64,000 bases of DNA. It comes from Thermoanaerobaculia bacterium. Its GTDB lineage: Bacteria > Acidobacteriota > Thermoanaerobaculia > UBA5066 > Gp7-AA6. Positions 33,798 to 42,600 of this stretch are shown here, piece by piece. The notes beneath the pieces are model-generated. The model saw only the letters and a program-made list of their open reading frames with translations, ran no database searches and had not been told where the DNA came from. Location: assembly GCA_038239305.1 (NCBI GenBank), contig JBBSEW010000003.1, forward strand, positions 51,022-115,021, read 5' to 3'. Position numbers and translations under genes: made by a program. Positions within the stretch are counted from its first letter, which is position 1. Every line of letters starts with the position of its first letter.

Positions 33798-36506
33798 GTG
33801 AAGAGAGTTTTCTTTTTCGGCAACGGCGTTGCGGAGGGAGCGGGTCTCGGGAAGGAAACCCTCGGAGGGAAAGGATCCGGGCTCGCGGAAATGACCGCGC
33901 TCGGGATTCCCGTTCCGCCGGGCTTCACGATCGAGACGGCCGTGTGCGCCGATTTCTCGCACGGCGCGAGCCTCGACGGCGTCCGCGACGAGGTCGAGTC
34001 CTCGCTCGCGCACCTCGAGCAGACGACGGGCAAGAGGTTCGGCGACGCCGTCGATCCGCTGCTCGTCTCCGTGCGGTCCGGCGCCCGGTCCTCCATGCCG
34101 GGCATGATGGACACGATCCTGAACCTCGGGTTGACGAAGAACGCGCTGAAGGGCCTCGCGGCCGCGTCCGGAGACCGTTTCGCGATGGACTGCCGGCGAC
34201 GCTTTCTCGAGATGTATTCGGACGTCGTGCTCCGCGTGCCGCGCGAAGAGTTCGAGAGCGTGCTGGCCGCACAGAAGAAGGCCCGCGGCGTCGCCTCGGA
34301 TCTCGAGCTCGGAGCGGACGACCTCGCCGCGATCGTCCATCGCAGCGAAGAGATCGTCCGGGCCAAGACCGGCAAGGACTTTCCGGACGACGCGCGCGAG
34401 CAGTTGTGGGGCGCGATCGCCGCGGTCTTCCGCTCCTGGGAGAACGATCGCGCCAAGACCTATCGCAAGCTGCACCACATCCCGGACGACTGGGGCACGG
34501 CCGTCAACGTCCAGTCGATGGTTTTCGGAAACCGGGGGGAGACGTCGGCGACCGGTGTCGCCTTCACCCGCGATCCGTCGACGGGGGAGCGCCTTTTCTA
34601 CGGAGAGTTCCTGCCGAACGCGCAGGGGGAGGACGTCGTCGCGGGGATCCGCACGCCGCGCCCGCTCACGAAGGATGGGTCGGGGACCTCCCTCGAGGAG
34701 ACGATGCCGGAGGCATTCGCGGAGCTTCTGCGGCTGCGCGACGTCCTCGAAATGCGATATCGCGACATGCAGGACCTCGAGTTCACGATCGAGGATCGAA
34801 AGCTCTATCTCCTCCAGACACGCAGCGGGAAGCGAACGGGATTCGCCGCCGTCCGGATCGCCACCGAAATGGTCGACGAGGGACTCATCTCGGAAGAAGA
34901 GGCCATTTCGCGCGTGGAATCGGAGCAGCTCATCCAGCTCCTGGCGCCGGTGTTCCCCGGCAAAGAGAAAGAGATGGCCGTGAAGGGTGGCCGGTTCCTC
35001 GGCAAGGGCCTCCCCGCGGGGCCGGGAGCGGCTTGCGGCCGCGTGGCTTTCACGGCCGAGCGGGCGGTGGAGATGGCGAATACCGGCGAGCCAGTCATCC
35101 TCGTGCGCGAGGAGACGTCGCCGGAAGACATCGCCGGCATGCACGCCTCCGTCGGCATCCTGACGACGCGAGGTGGCATGACGTCGCACGCGGCCGTCGT
35201 CGCGCGCGGCATGGGGAAGACGTGCGTCGTCGGCGCGGGGGACATTACCGTCGACCTGGCGCATGGCCAGGTTCGTGCCCTCGGTCTCTCTGCCTCGGAA
35301 GGGGACTGGATGTCCGTCGACGGGTCCACGGGCGAGGTCATCCTCGGGCAGCTCCCGACGTCGCCCTCCGAAGTCCTGCGCGTCGTGATCGGGGGCGCGA
35401 TGCCGGTCGAAGAATCGGCCGTGGCGCTTTCATTCACCCGACTCCTCGCGTGGGCGGACTCCCGCCGCCGGCTGGGAGTCCGGGCCAACGCCGACACTCC
35501 GGAGGATGCCCGCATCGCCCGGCTCTTCGGAGCCGAGGGCATCGGGCTGTGCCGTACCGAGCACATGTTCTTCGAGGAGAAACGGATCCTGGCCGTCCGC
35601 GAGATGATCCTCGCCCACGACGGCGAAGGGCGGAGGGCGGCGCTCGCGAAGATTCTCCCCATGCAGCGCGAGGATTTTCTCGGGATCTTCCGGGAGATGG
35701 GCGGAAGGCCCGTGACGATCCGTCTGCTCGATCCGCCGCTGCACGAGTTTCTGCCGAAGGAGGAGGAAGCGGTGCGCAGGACGGCGGAGGACCTCGGCGT
35801 GTCCCCCGAATTCGTGCGCGAGCGCGTCCACGCCCTGGCCGAGGTCAACCCGATGCTCGGTCACCGCGGCTGCCGGCTCGGCATCACGCACCCCGAGATC
35901 TACGAGACCCAGGTCTGCGCGATTTTCGAGGCCGCCGCGCTGGCGCTCGCGGAGGGCGTCCATCCCAATCCCGAGATCATGATTCCCCTGGTCGGCGCAA
36001 AGGGCGAGTTCGATCGGCTGAAGAAGCTCGTCGACGAGACGGCGAAGAGGATCGCGGGCAATCGCGTCAACTACCGCGTCGGAACCATGATCGAAGTACC
36101 GCGCGCCGCCCTGCGCGCCAACCGCATCGCGTTGAACTGCGATTTCTTCTCGTTCGGGACGAACGACCTCACGCAGCTGACCTACGGCTATTCGCGCGAC
36201 GACGCCGCGTCGTTTCTCCCGGCCTACATCGCGGAGGGGATTCTCCCGGAGGATCCGTTCGTGAGCCTCGATCAGTACGGCGTCGGAGAGCTCGTCTCGC
36301 TCGCGACGCGGCGCGGAAGGGAAGCGAAGCCCGGCCTCAAAGTGGGCATCTGCGGCGAGCACGGGGGCGATCCGCGCTCGATCGAGTTCTTCCACACGGT
36401 CGGACTCGACTACGTCTCCTGCTCCCCGTTCCGCGTCCCGATCGCCCGTCTCGCGGCGGCCCGCGCGGCGATCGCGGGGGGAGTGTCCGGGTCGGCGACG
36501 GCGTGA
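33798..36506 (+). CDS. ppdK: Pyruvate, phosphate dikinase
   Basis: 902 aa. Phosphohistidine motif GGMTSHAAVVARG, an N-terminal ATP-grasp domain and a C-terminal PEP-utilizing TIM barrel (FFSFGTNDLTQ). Confidence 0.95.
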   Translation: MKRVFFFGNGVAEGAGLGKETLGGKGSGLAEMTALGIPVPPGFTIETAVCADFSHGASLDGVRDEVESSLAHLEQTTGKRFGDAVDPLLVSVRSGARSSMPGMMDTILNLGLTKNALKGLAAASGDRFAMDCRRRFLEMYSDVVLRVPREEFESVLAAQKKARGVASDLELGADDLAAIVHRSEEIVRAKTGKDFPDDAREQLWGAIAAVFRSWENDRAKTYRKLHHIPDDWGTAVNVQSMVFGNRGETSATGVAFTRDPSTGERLFYGEFLPNAQGEDVVAGIRTPRPLTKDGSGTSLEETMPEAFAELLRLRDVLEMRYRDMQDLEFTIEDRKLYLLQTRSGKRTGFAAVRIATEMVDEGLISEEEAISRVESEQLIQLLAPVFPGKEKEMAVKGGRFLGKGLPAGPGAACGRVAFTAERAVEMANTGEPVILVREETSPEDIAGMHASVGILTTRGGMTSHAAVVARGMGKTCVVGAGDITVDLAHGQVRALGLSASEGDWMSVDGSTGEVILGQLPTSPSEVLRVVIGGAMPVEESAVALSFTRLLAWADSRRRLGVRANADTPEDARIARLFGAEGIGLCRTEHMFFEEKRILAVREMILAHDGEGRRAALAKILPMQREDFLGIFREMGGRPVTIRLLDPPLHEFLPKEEEAVRRTAEDLGVSPEFVRERVHALAEVNPMLGHRGCRLGITHPEIYETQVCAIFEAAALALAEGVHPNPEIMIPLVGAKGEFDRLKKLVDETAKRIAGNRVNYRVGTMIEVPRAALRANRIALNCDFFSFGTNDLTQLTYGYSRDDAASFLPAYIAEGILPEDPFVSLDQYGVGELVSLATRRGREAKPGLKVGICGEHGGDPRSIEFFHTVGLDYVSCSPFRVPIARLAAARAAIAGGVSGSATA

Positions 36507-36537
36507 TGGCGTGCAGTTGTCAGTGGGCGGCCTTCCG

Positions 36538-36594
36538 CTGTCCGCTGTCAGTTCTGAGTTCTGAGTTCTGAGGTTGGGTTTGGTTTTTGGGTTT
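36538..36594. repeat. Heptad-phased tract (CTGTCCG, CTGTCAG, TTCTGAG x3, GTTGGGT, TTGGTTT, TTGGGTT)
   Basis: Direct reading: eight consecutive 7-nt units. Confidence 0.9.
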
Positions 36595-36681
36595 CGAATT
36601 ATTCTCGCGGGGCTTCGAGCCAGGCACCGAACCGGATACGGGAGAAGGGATAACGGAGTACGGCCCGGCCGCCTGCGAGCC

Positions 36682-36737
36682 GAGAGCGGAGAGCTGAGAG
36701 CTGAGAGCTGAGAGCTGAGAGCTGATAGCTGATAGCT
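36682..36737. repeat. 7-bp tandem array (GAGAGCG, GAGAGCT x5, GATAGCT x2)
   Basis: Direct reading. It ends 7 nt before the ATG of the amidohydrolase gene. Confidence 0.95.
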
Positions 36738-36744
36738 TAACGCC

Positions 36745-38406
36745 ATGCTCTGGCTCGCCACCCTCATCCTCCTGGCGCGGGTCTCTCCCACGCCGGAAGC
36801 TCCACCCCCCGCAGACCTCGTGCTCGTGTCTGCGAAGATCTGGACCGGCGACCCGGCACGTCCTGAGGCGGAGGCGCTCGCGGTCCGGAGCGGGCGCATC
36901 GTCGCGGTCGGAACGAATGCCGCGATCGAGAAGCTTCGAGGCCCGTCGACGACCGTCGTGGACGGAAAGGGCCGGCGCGTCCTTCCCGGCCTGATCGACG
37001 CGCACACCCACATGTCGGGAGGAGGCCTCGACCTTCTGGCGCTCGACCTGCGGCACACGAAGGACCCGGCCGATTTCACGAAGATGGTGGCGGACTACGC
37101 GAAGACGCGGCCGGAAGGCGTCTGGCTGACGGACGGCGCATGGGATCACGAGCAGTGGTCGCCGGTCCGGCTTCCGACCCGGGAGATGCTCGATCCCGTG
37201 ACGACCGGTCACCCGACCTGCCTCCCGCGCCAGGACGGCCACATGTCCGTCTGCAATTCCCTCGCGCTTCGACTCGCGAAGATCGGGCGCGGAACGCCGG
37301 ACCCGCCCGGAGGCGTCATCGTCCGGGACGCGAACGGAGAGCCGACGGGCGTGCTGAAGGACGCGGCGATGGATGCGGTCAACGCGGTGCGGCCGGCTCG
37401 GACGCGAGCGGAGCTGCTCGGTGCGCTGCGGGCGGCCATGAAACACGCCGCGAGCGTCGGCGTGACATCCGTTCAGGATCTTCCCGGCGATCCGGACGAC
37501 CTCGGTACATGGGAGGCGCTGCGAGCGGCCGGCGAGCTGACCGTGCGCGTGCACTATCGGCTTCCGCTCTCGAGCTGGGAGAAGGCCCGCGACCGGCGCG
37601 CGTCCATGAGAAACGACGAGTGGCTTCGACTCGGAGGCGTGAAGGGCTACGCCGACGGATCCCTGGGCTCGGAGACGGCGCTGTTCGACGCCCCCTACGG
37701 CGGGGATCCGAACAACCGGGGCGTGTTCGCGTCGGAAGCCATTCCGATGTCGCGCCTCGAAGAACGCGTCGCCGGAGCGGACAGGGCGGGGCTCCAGGTC
37801 GTCATCCACGCCATCGGTGACCGCGCGAACGCGGAGATCCTCGACGTGTACGAGAGGGTGGCGCGCGCGAACGGACCTCGCGACCGCCGGTTCCGCATCG
37901 AGCACGCGCAGCACCTTCGCCCGGCGGACATCGCGCGGTTCGCGCGGCTCGGCGTCGTGGCATCGATGCAGCCGTACCACGCAATCGACGACGGCCGGTG
38001 GGCAGAGTCGCGGATCGGTCGGGAGCGCAGCCGGACCACGTACGCGTTTCGATCGCTTCTCGACGCCGGCGCCCGGTTGGCTTTCGGTTCCGACTGGGAC
38101 GTCGCCCCGCTGTCGCCGATCTTGGGCATCGACGCGGCGGTCACGCGGAGGACTCTCGACGGCAGGAATCCCGAGGGCTGGTTCCCGGAGCAGCGGATCT
38201 CCGTCGGAGAGGCTGTCGCGGCGTACACGTCGACCGCTGCCTGGGCCGCGTTCGAGGAGAACGAGAAGGGGACGTTGTCCGAGGGAAGGCTCGGAGATTT
38301 CGTCGTTCTCTCGCGGGACCTTCTCGCCGTTCCGAAGGACGAGATCGTCCGGACGCAGGTCGACGAGACCGTCGTCGGCGGGAAGATCGTTTACACGAGG
38401 CGATGA
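36745..38406 (+). CDS. Amidohydrolase family protein (amidohydrolase_3/YtcJ-like), secreted
   Basis: 553 aa with a signal-like N-terminus. Metal-binding GLIDAHTHM near the N-terminus and HAIGD / H..H blocks further on. Confidence 0.8.
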   Translation: MLWLATLILLARVSPTPEAPPPADLVLVSAKIWTGDPARPEAEALAVRSGRIVAVGTNAAIEKLRGPSTTVVDGKGRRVLPGLIDAHTHMSGGGLDLLALDLRHTKDPADFTKMVADYAKTRPEGVWLTDGAWDHEQWSPVRLPTREMLDPVTTGHPTCLPRQDGHMSVCNSLALRLAKIGRGTPDPPGGVIVRDANGEPTGVLKDAAMDAVNAVRPARTRAELLGALRAAMKHAASVGVTSVQDLPGDPDDLGTWEALRAAGELTVRVHYRLPLSSWEKARDRRASMRNDEWLRLGGVKGYADGSLGSETALFDAPYGGDPNNRGVFASEAIPMSRLEERVAGADRAGLQVVIHAIGDRANAEILDVYERVARANGPRDRRFRIEHAQHLRPADIARFARLGVVASMQPYHAIDDGRWAESRIGRERSRTTYAFRSLLDAGARLAFGSDWDVAPLSPILGIDAAVTRRTLDGRNPEGWFPEQRISVGEAVAAYTSTAAWAAFEENEKGTLSEGRLGDFVVLSRDLLAVPKDEIVRTQVDETVVGGKIVYTRR

Positions 38407-38455
38407 GAACCGTCTCCCGATCCGCGACTTCCGATCCCCGGCCCGGGCGCTCCTG

Positions 38456-40216
38456 ATGGCGCGCGTCCACAAGCTCTCGAGCGCGGTCATCGATCGCATC
38501 GCGGCCGGCGAGGTCGTGGAGCGTCCCGCTTCCGTCGTCAAGGAGCTCGTCGAAAACGCGCTCGACGCGGGGGCGGCGCGGATCGACGTCGAGATCGACG
38601 GCGGGGGAATCGCGCGGATCCTGGTCCGCGACGACGGGTCCGGAATGTCATCCGAGGACGCGCGGCTGGCGCTCGAGCGCCACGCGACGTCGAAGATCTC
38701 GTCGGACGAGGATCTCGCCGCCGTGTCGAGCTACGGGTTTCGCGGTGAAGCTCTTCCGTCGATCGCATCGGTTTCCGCGTTGACGGTGACGACCTCGGAC
38801 TCGGCCTCCGGCGAGGCCGTGCGCATCCGGTCGGACTTTGGAACCCCGCCCGTCGCCGAGCCGGCTGCGCGGCCCCGGGGGACGGACGTCCTCGTCGAGA
38901 ACCTCTTCGCGAAGACTCCCGCCCGCCGAAAGTTTCTCTCCTCCCCGGAGGCCGAGGGCCGCGCGGCCGCAGCCGCAGTGACGCGCGCGGCCCTGACGAA
39001 CTCGTCCGTGGCGTTCTCCCTTCGGTCTTCCGGCCGGGAGCTGCTCGACGCGCCGGCGGCGGTCGACCGGTCCGCGCGAATCCTGCAGGTCTTCGGCCGC
39101 GAAACGCTCGGCGAGCTCGAGCCGTTCGAGGCCCGCTCGGGCGCCCTCCGAGTTTCCGGATTCGTGACGCGGGGGTCGGTCACGTTCGCGAGCCGGCGAT
39201 TCCACTATCTCTTCGCGAACGGACGCCCGATCGAGGATCGGTCGCTCGCGCGGGCGATCGGCCAGGCGTCGCGCGACGCGATTCGGACCGACCGCCATCC
39301 TGCGGTGTTTCTCTTCCTGACTGCCGAGCCGGGGGCTCTCGACGTCAACGTGTCGCCCTCGAAAACGCAGGTTCGTTTCGCCGACTCCGGCACGGCGTAC
39401 CGTCTCGTGTACCACGCCGTCCAGTCGGCGCTCCTCTCGGGGAAGGAGGAGCGACGGTTGAAGCCGGTTCCGGCCGGCCCTTTCGAGGCGTCGCGCGTCG
39501 GCGAGGCCTCTGCGCCGTATCCGGCCGGAGAAGGAGCGGGAGCGGGCCCCTCATCGGTTCCTCCGCCGTCGATCGCGGGTTCCGGAATCGGGCCCTCGGA
39601 GATGCGTTCGTCCGATCCGGCGACCCCGGCCGAACGGCGCCCGCCCGAGACGGTTCCGATCGGGCAATACCGCGAGTCCTTCATCCTCGCGTCGGGACCG
39701 GAAGGTCTTCTCGTCATCGATCAGCACGCGGCCCACGAGCGCGTCCTGTACGAGCGGATCCGGGACCGGATCGCCTCCGGACGGCTTCTATCGCAGCGGC
39801 TCCTCGTTCCCGCTCTCTTCGAGGCGACACCGGAGGAGGCGGAAACGCTCGCGCTGCGGGAGCCTGACCTCGAGGCGGCGGGTTTCGAGATCGCGCCCAT
39901 GTCCGGGCGCTCGTTCGGGATTTCGGCCCTGCCGGCGGAGGCTCTCTCGCGGACTCCCGCGGAAATGCTGCGGGAGGCGCTTGCGCGGCTCGCCGAGACC
40001 GGGACGGCCGACGAGGGGGAGCGCCGCGACCGCATGGCGGCCGGGATCGCGTGCCGGTCCGCGGTGACCATTCGATACCACCTGGCGCCCGAAGAGATCC
40101 GCCGCCTTGTTTCGGACTGGATGCGCTGCGAGGACCGCTTCACGTGCCCGCACGGCCGCCCGGTCGTGCTGTCGATGAGCGAGGAGGAGCTCGAGAAGTA
40201 CTTTCACAGACGGTGA
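38456..40216 (+). CDS. mutL: DNA mismatch repair protein MutL
   Basis: ATG at 38456. GHKL ATPase motifs IAAGEVVERPASVVKELVENALDAGA and DDGSGM, plus a C-terminal dimerization/endonuclease region. Confidence 0.95.
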   Translation: MARVHKLSSAVIDRIAAGEVVERPASVVKELVENALDAGAARIDVEIDGGGIARILVRDDGSGMSSEDARLALERHATSKISSDEDLAAVSSYGFRGEALPSIASVSALTVTTSDSASGEAVRIRSDFGTPPVAEPAARPRGTDVLVENLFAKTPARRKFLSSPEAEGRAAAAAVTRAALTNSSVAFSLRSSGRELLDAPAAVDRSARILQVFGRETLGELEPFEARSGALRVSGFVTRGSVTFASRRFHYLFANGRPIEDRSLARAIGQASRDAIRTDRHPAVFLFLTAEPGALDVNVSPSKTQVRFADSGTAYRLVYHAVQSALLSGKEERRLKPVPAGPFEASRVGEASAPYPAGEGAGAGPSSVPPPSIAGSGIGPSEMRSSDPATPAERRPPETVPIGQYRESFILASGPEGLLVIDQHAAHERVLYERIRDRIASGRLLSQRLLVPALFEATPEEAETLALREPDLEAAGFEIAPMSGRSFGISALPAEALSRTPAEMLREALARLAETGTADEGERRDRMAAGIACRSAVTIRYHLAPEEIRRLVSDWMRCEDRFTCPHGRPVVLSMSEEELEKYFHRR

Positions 40217-40256
40217 GAGCGGCCTCGCGGCCGCTCGCGGGATTCGGTTATCGGTC

Positions 40257-40337
40257 AGCTATCAGGTATCAGCTATCAGCCACTCGTTTCCCGTTTCCCG
40301 TTTCCCCGGGCTTCGTTCTCTCGTTCTCTCGTTCTCT
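40257..40337. repeat. Three adjacent arrays: AGCTATC/AGGTATC x3, CGTTTCC x3, CGTTCTCT x3
   Basis: Direct reading (40257..40277, 40285..40305, 40314..40337). Together they fill the convergent spacer between mutL and 40342..40977. Confidence 0.9.
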
Positions 40338-40341
40338 TTTC

Positions 40342-40977
40342 TCAAGGCGTCCTCGGTGGCATCCCCAGCCCGGCCTCGTTCTCCTGCCGCTTCCGGCGGA
40401 CGTGGGTCACGATCAGGATCAGGCCGAGCAGGATGAACGCCGCCGGGGCGCCCCACCGGTCGAGAAAACTCCAGTCGATGTCGACGTACCGGTCGATGAG
40501 CCAGAGAGACCCCAGGCCCACGAGGATGACGCCCCAGGTCAGGCTCGCGGCGCTGTCGGACCGGCGCCGGAGGGCCGGGGTGCTCGCCGCGAACCCGGAC
40601 TCGACGACGACGCCGCGATTCATTGCGTGCGCCTGCCGGACCGCGTCGATGATCGCGAAGAACCAGACGAAGGCGATCAGGGGGCCGAAGAACTCGCCTC
40701 GGTGAGCCGCCGCGGTGATGCAGAACACGAAGGCGAGGCCGAAGAAGATCCCCCGCTGATAGAGGCCCAGATAGAGGTGTCCCAGGCCGGGGAACATCGA
40801 CAGAAACCCCGCCAGCGCCGGTGACTTCTGGTCGGGGCCATACGCCACCGGCATCGGCGGCGGATAGGGCCCGGCGGGCGCGGCGTAAGGCGGCGGGGGG
40901 GACGCGGGCGGCGGCACGGCGGCCGCCGGGGGCGGCGTCGGGCCTGCGGAGAGCGGGGTTTCGTCCATGGCGTTCAT
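40342..40977 (-). CDS. Membrane protein with a Pro-rich N-terminus and multiple TMs (TM2/DUF5668-like), third gene of the ECF sigma operon
   Basis: 211 aa. Contains the PGLGHLYLG motif, and the C-terminal TM pair resembles LiaF-type TM modules. Confidence 0.55.
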   Translation of the reverse strand: MNAMDETPLSAGPTPPPAAAVPPPASPPPPYAAPAGPYPPPMPVAYGPDQKSPALAGFLSMFPGLGHLYLGLYQRGIFFGLAFVFCITAAAHRGEFFGPLIAFVWFFAIIDAVRQAHAMNRGVVVESGFAASTPALRRRSDSAASLTWGVILVGLGSLWLIDRYVDIDWSFLDRWGAPAAFILLGLILIVTHVRRKRQENEAGLGMPPRTP

Positions 40978-40996
40978 ATCCTCCTGGCGGCGCCTT

Positions 40997-41809
40997 CTAG
41001 GCTCGCCACGTTGGGGTCGCGTTTTCGTTCTCGTTCTTCTGCGGGGCCCGCTCTTCGCCGTTGCGCGGACGGGAGGGCGGGGGCGTGTCTTCGGTTCTCA
41101 TGACGAGGGCGATGACATTCGAGAGCGCGGCGCGTCCGTATCCTCCGACGCGTCCCCGCCATACGGCGAAGGCGCGGGAGGTGCGATCTTCGAACGCGCC
41201 CACGCGGTCCGCGAGGGAACCTCGTGCGGCAGCGGCAGCCGTGCGCGTTTCCGAGCGGAGGTTCGCACCGGCCTTGCGGGCGAGGTCCGCCGGGTTGAAA
41301 CCGGCGAGCATCACGACGACGGCGGCGCCATATGCGAAGCCGATGGCTGCGCGTGGGTCGAGAATCCCCATCCAGCGCCGCCGCCGCCGCGTGGGGCGCG
41401 CGGCCGACAGCCGCTCGGCCACCCAGGGGGCCGGCCGGGGGGCTTCCAGGAAGGGGATGCCGGACAGCGTTTCCCACGCTTCGCGGCACCCGTCACACCG
41501 GGAGAGATGGAAATCGAGGCGGGAGCGATCCGCCGCGGTTCCAGAGAACGGTTCGCCGGTCTCGGCCTCGAGCCGCGCGGCAATCAGAAGCCCCGCGTTC
41601 TCGCAGGAGACCGTTTTTTCCGGAACCGCGAGGAGCGCATCGCGCAAGGAAGCGCTCCAGGCAGGCTGGACGAGCTCGGCGGTCAGGCTCTCGATCGGGT
41701 CGATGCCGGCCCCGATCGCTTCACAGGCGATGCAGGCGGCGCGGTGAGCCGTCCGTTCGCTCTCCGGCGCTCCGGAGCCGCGGAGACGCTCGAGCTCCTG
41801 GCAGCTCAT
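40997..41809 (-). CDS. Anti-sigma factor (zf-HC2 type), single-pass membrane protein
   Basis: Hx3Cx2C motif (HLSRCDGC) and a central TM (AAIGFAYGAAVVVMLAGF). Its ATG overlaps the sigma-gene stop (ATGA). Confidence 0.7.
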   Translation of the reverse strand: MSCQELERLRGSGAPESERTAHRAACIACEAIGAGIDPIESLTAELVQPAWSASLRDALLAVPEKTVSCENAGLLIAARLEAETGEPFSGTAADRSRLDFHLSRCDGCREAWETLSGIPFLEAPRPAPWVAERLSAARPTRRRRRWMGILDPRAAIGFAYGAAVVVMLAGFNPADLARKAGANLRSETRTAAAAARGSLADRVGAFEDRTSRAFAVWRGRVGGYGRAALSNVIALVMRTEDTPPPSRPRNGEERAPQKNENENATPTWRA

Positions 41810-42417
41810 ACGAAGGCTCCGGCCGCCATGGCGATCGACGTCAGGACGTTGCCGCCGCGGGACTCGTGCCGCTCGCGGATCTTCTTCGCGACTTCGGCCC
41901 GCGCCCGAAACAGGCGCGACTTCACGGTTCCGTCCGGGAGCGCGAGGGCGCGGCCGATTTCCTCGTAAGCCAGTCCGTCGAGATCGCGAAGGACGAGGAT
42001 CTCGGCGAGATCGTCGGGAATCTCCGCGAGCGCGGAGAACAGCATCTTCGTGCGCTCCTTCCGGAGCGCTTCGGCGGACGGGTCATCGGTCGATTTCAGG
42101 AGAGGGAGGACGGCGTCGTCCGACACGAAGCGGAAAGACTTTTCCCGCTTGCGGCGGCGATACCGGTCGATGCAGAGGTTTCGCGAGATCGAAACGATCC
42201 ATGCGATCAGCGGGAATCCGCCGTCGTACCGATCGAGGTTCTCGAAGATCTTCAGGAAGATCTCCTGGGAGAGCTCTTCGGCATCCTCACGCTTCAGCGT
42301 GAAGTGGTAGGCCACCGAATAGACTCTCGGCCCAAACCGGTCCACGAGCTCCCTCCAGGCGTCGTCGTCGCCCTTGCGGCACCGTTCGACGAGGCTTTTG
42401 TCTTCGTTTCCGTTCAA
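41806..42417 (-). CDS. RNA polymerase ECF-type sigma-70 factor
   Basis: Region 2 (FLKIFENLDRYDGGFPLIAWIVSISRNLCIDRYRR) and region 4 (LRDLDGLAYEEIGRALALPDGTVKSRLFRAR). Confidence 0.9.
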   Translation of the reverse strand: MNGNEDKSLVERCRKGDDDAWRELVDRFGPRVYSVAYHFTLKREDAEELSQEIFLKIFENLDRYDGGFPLIAWIVSISRNLCIDRYRRRKREKSFRFVSDDAVLPLLKSTDDPSAEALRKERTKMLFSALAEIPDDLAEILVLRDLDGLAYEEIGRALALPDGTVKSRLFRARAEVAKKIRERHESRGGNVLTSIAMAAGAFV

Positions 42418-42446
42418 TCTGACCTCACAGGGGAAAGACGCAAACC

Positions 42447-42464
42447 GTCCGAAAATGTTCGGAC
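42447..42464. promoter_or_regulatory. Perfect palindrome GTCCGAA-AATG-TTCGGAC upstream of the ECF sigma gene
   Basis: Direct reading, 30-47 nt upstream of the sigma start codon on the minus strand. Confidence 0.2.
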
Positions 42465-42600
42465 ATCGAGGTTTCCGGGCCGGCGGAGTCCGCGGCGGCC
42501 GGGGAAAGCCTGGATTTCGGGCCTGTTGGCGAAAGTGTATCGAAAAGGAGCTGGCGTCCGCTCTCGGCGAGCGCTCCGCCGGAAGCTGTCCGGGGCGGGC

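Noticed and set aside
36538-36737. Could the regularly repeated intergenic arrays be CRISPR arrays?
   Set aside because: The units are 7-8 nt and directly abutting, with no unique spacers. CRISPR repeats are about 24-48 nt and separated by spacers of similar length. No cas genes are present in the window.
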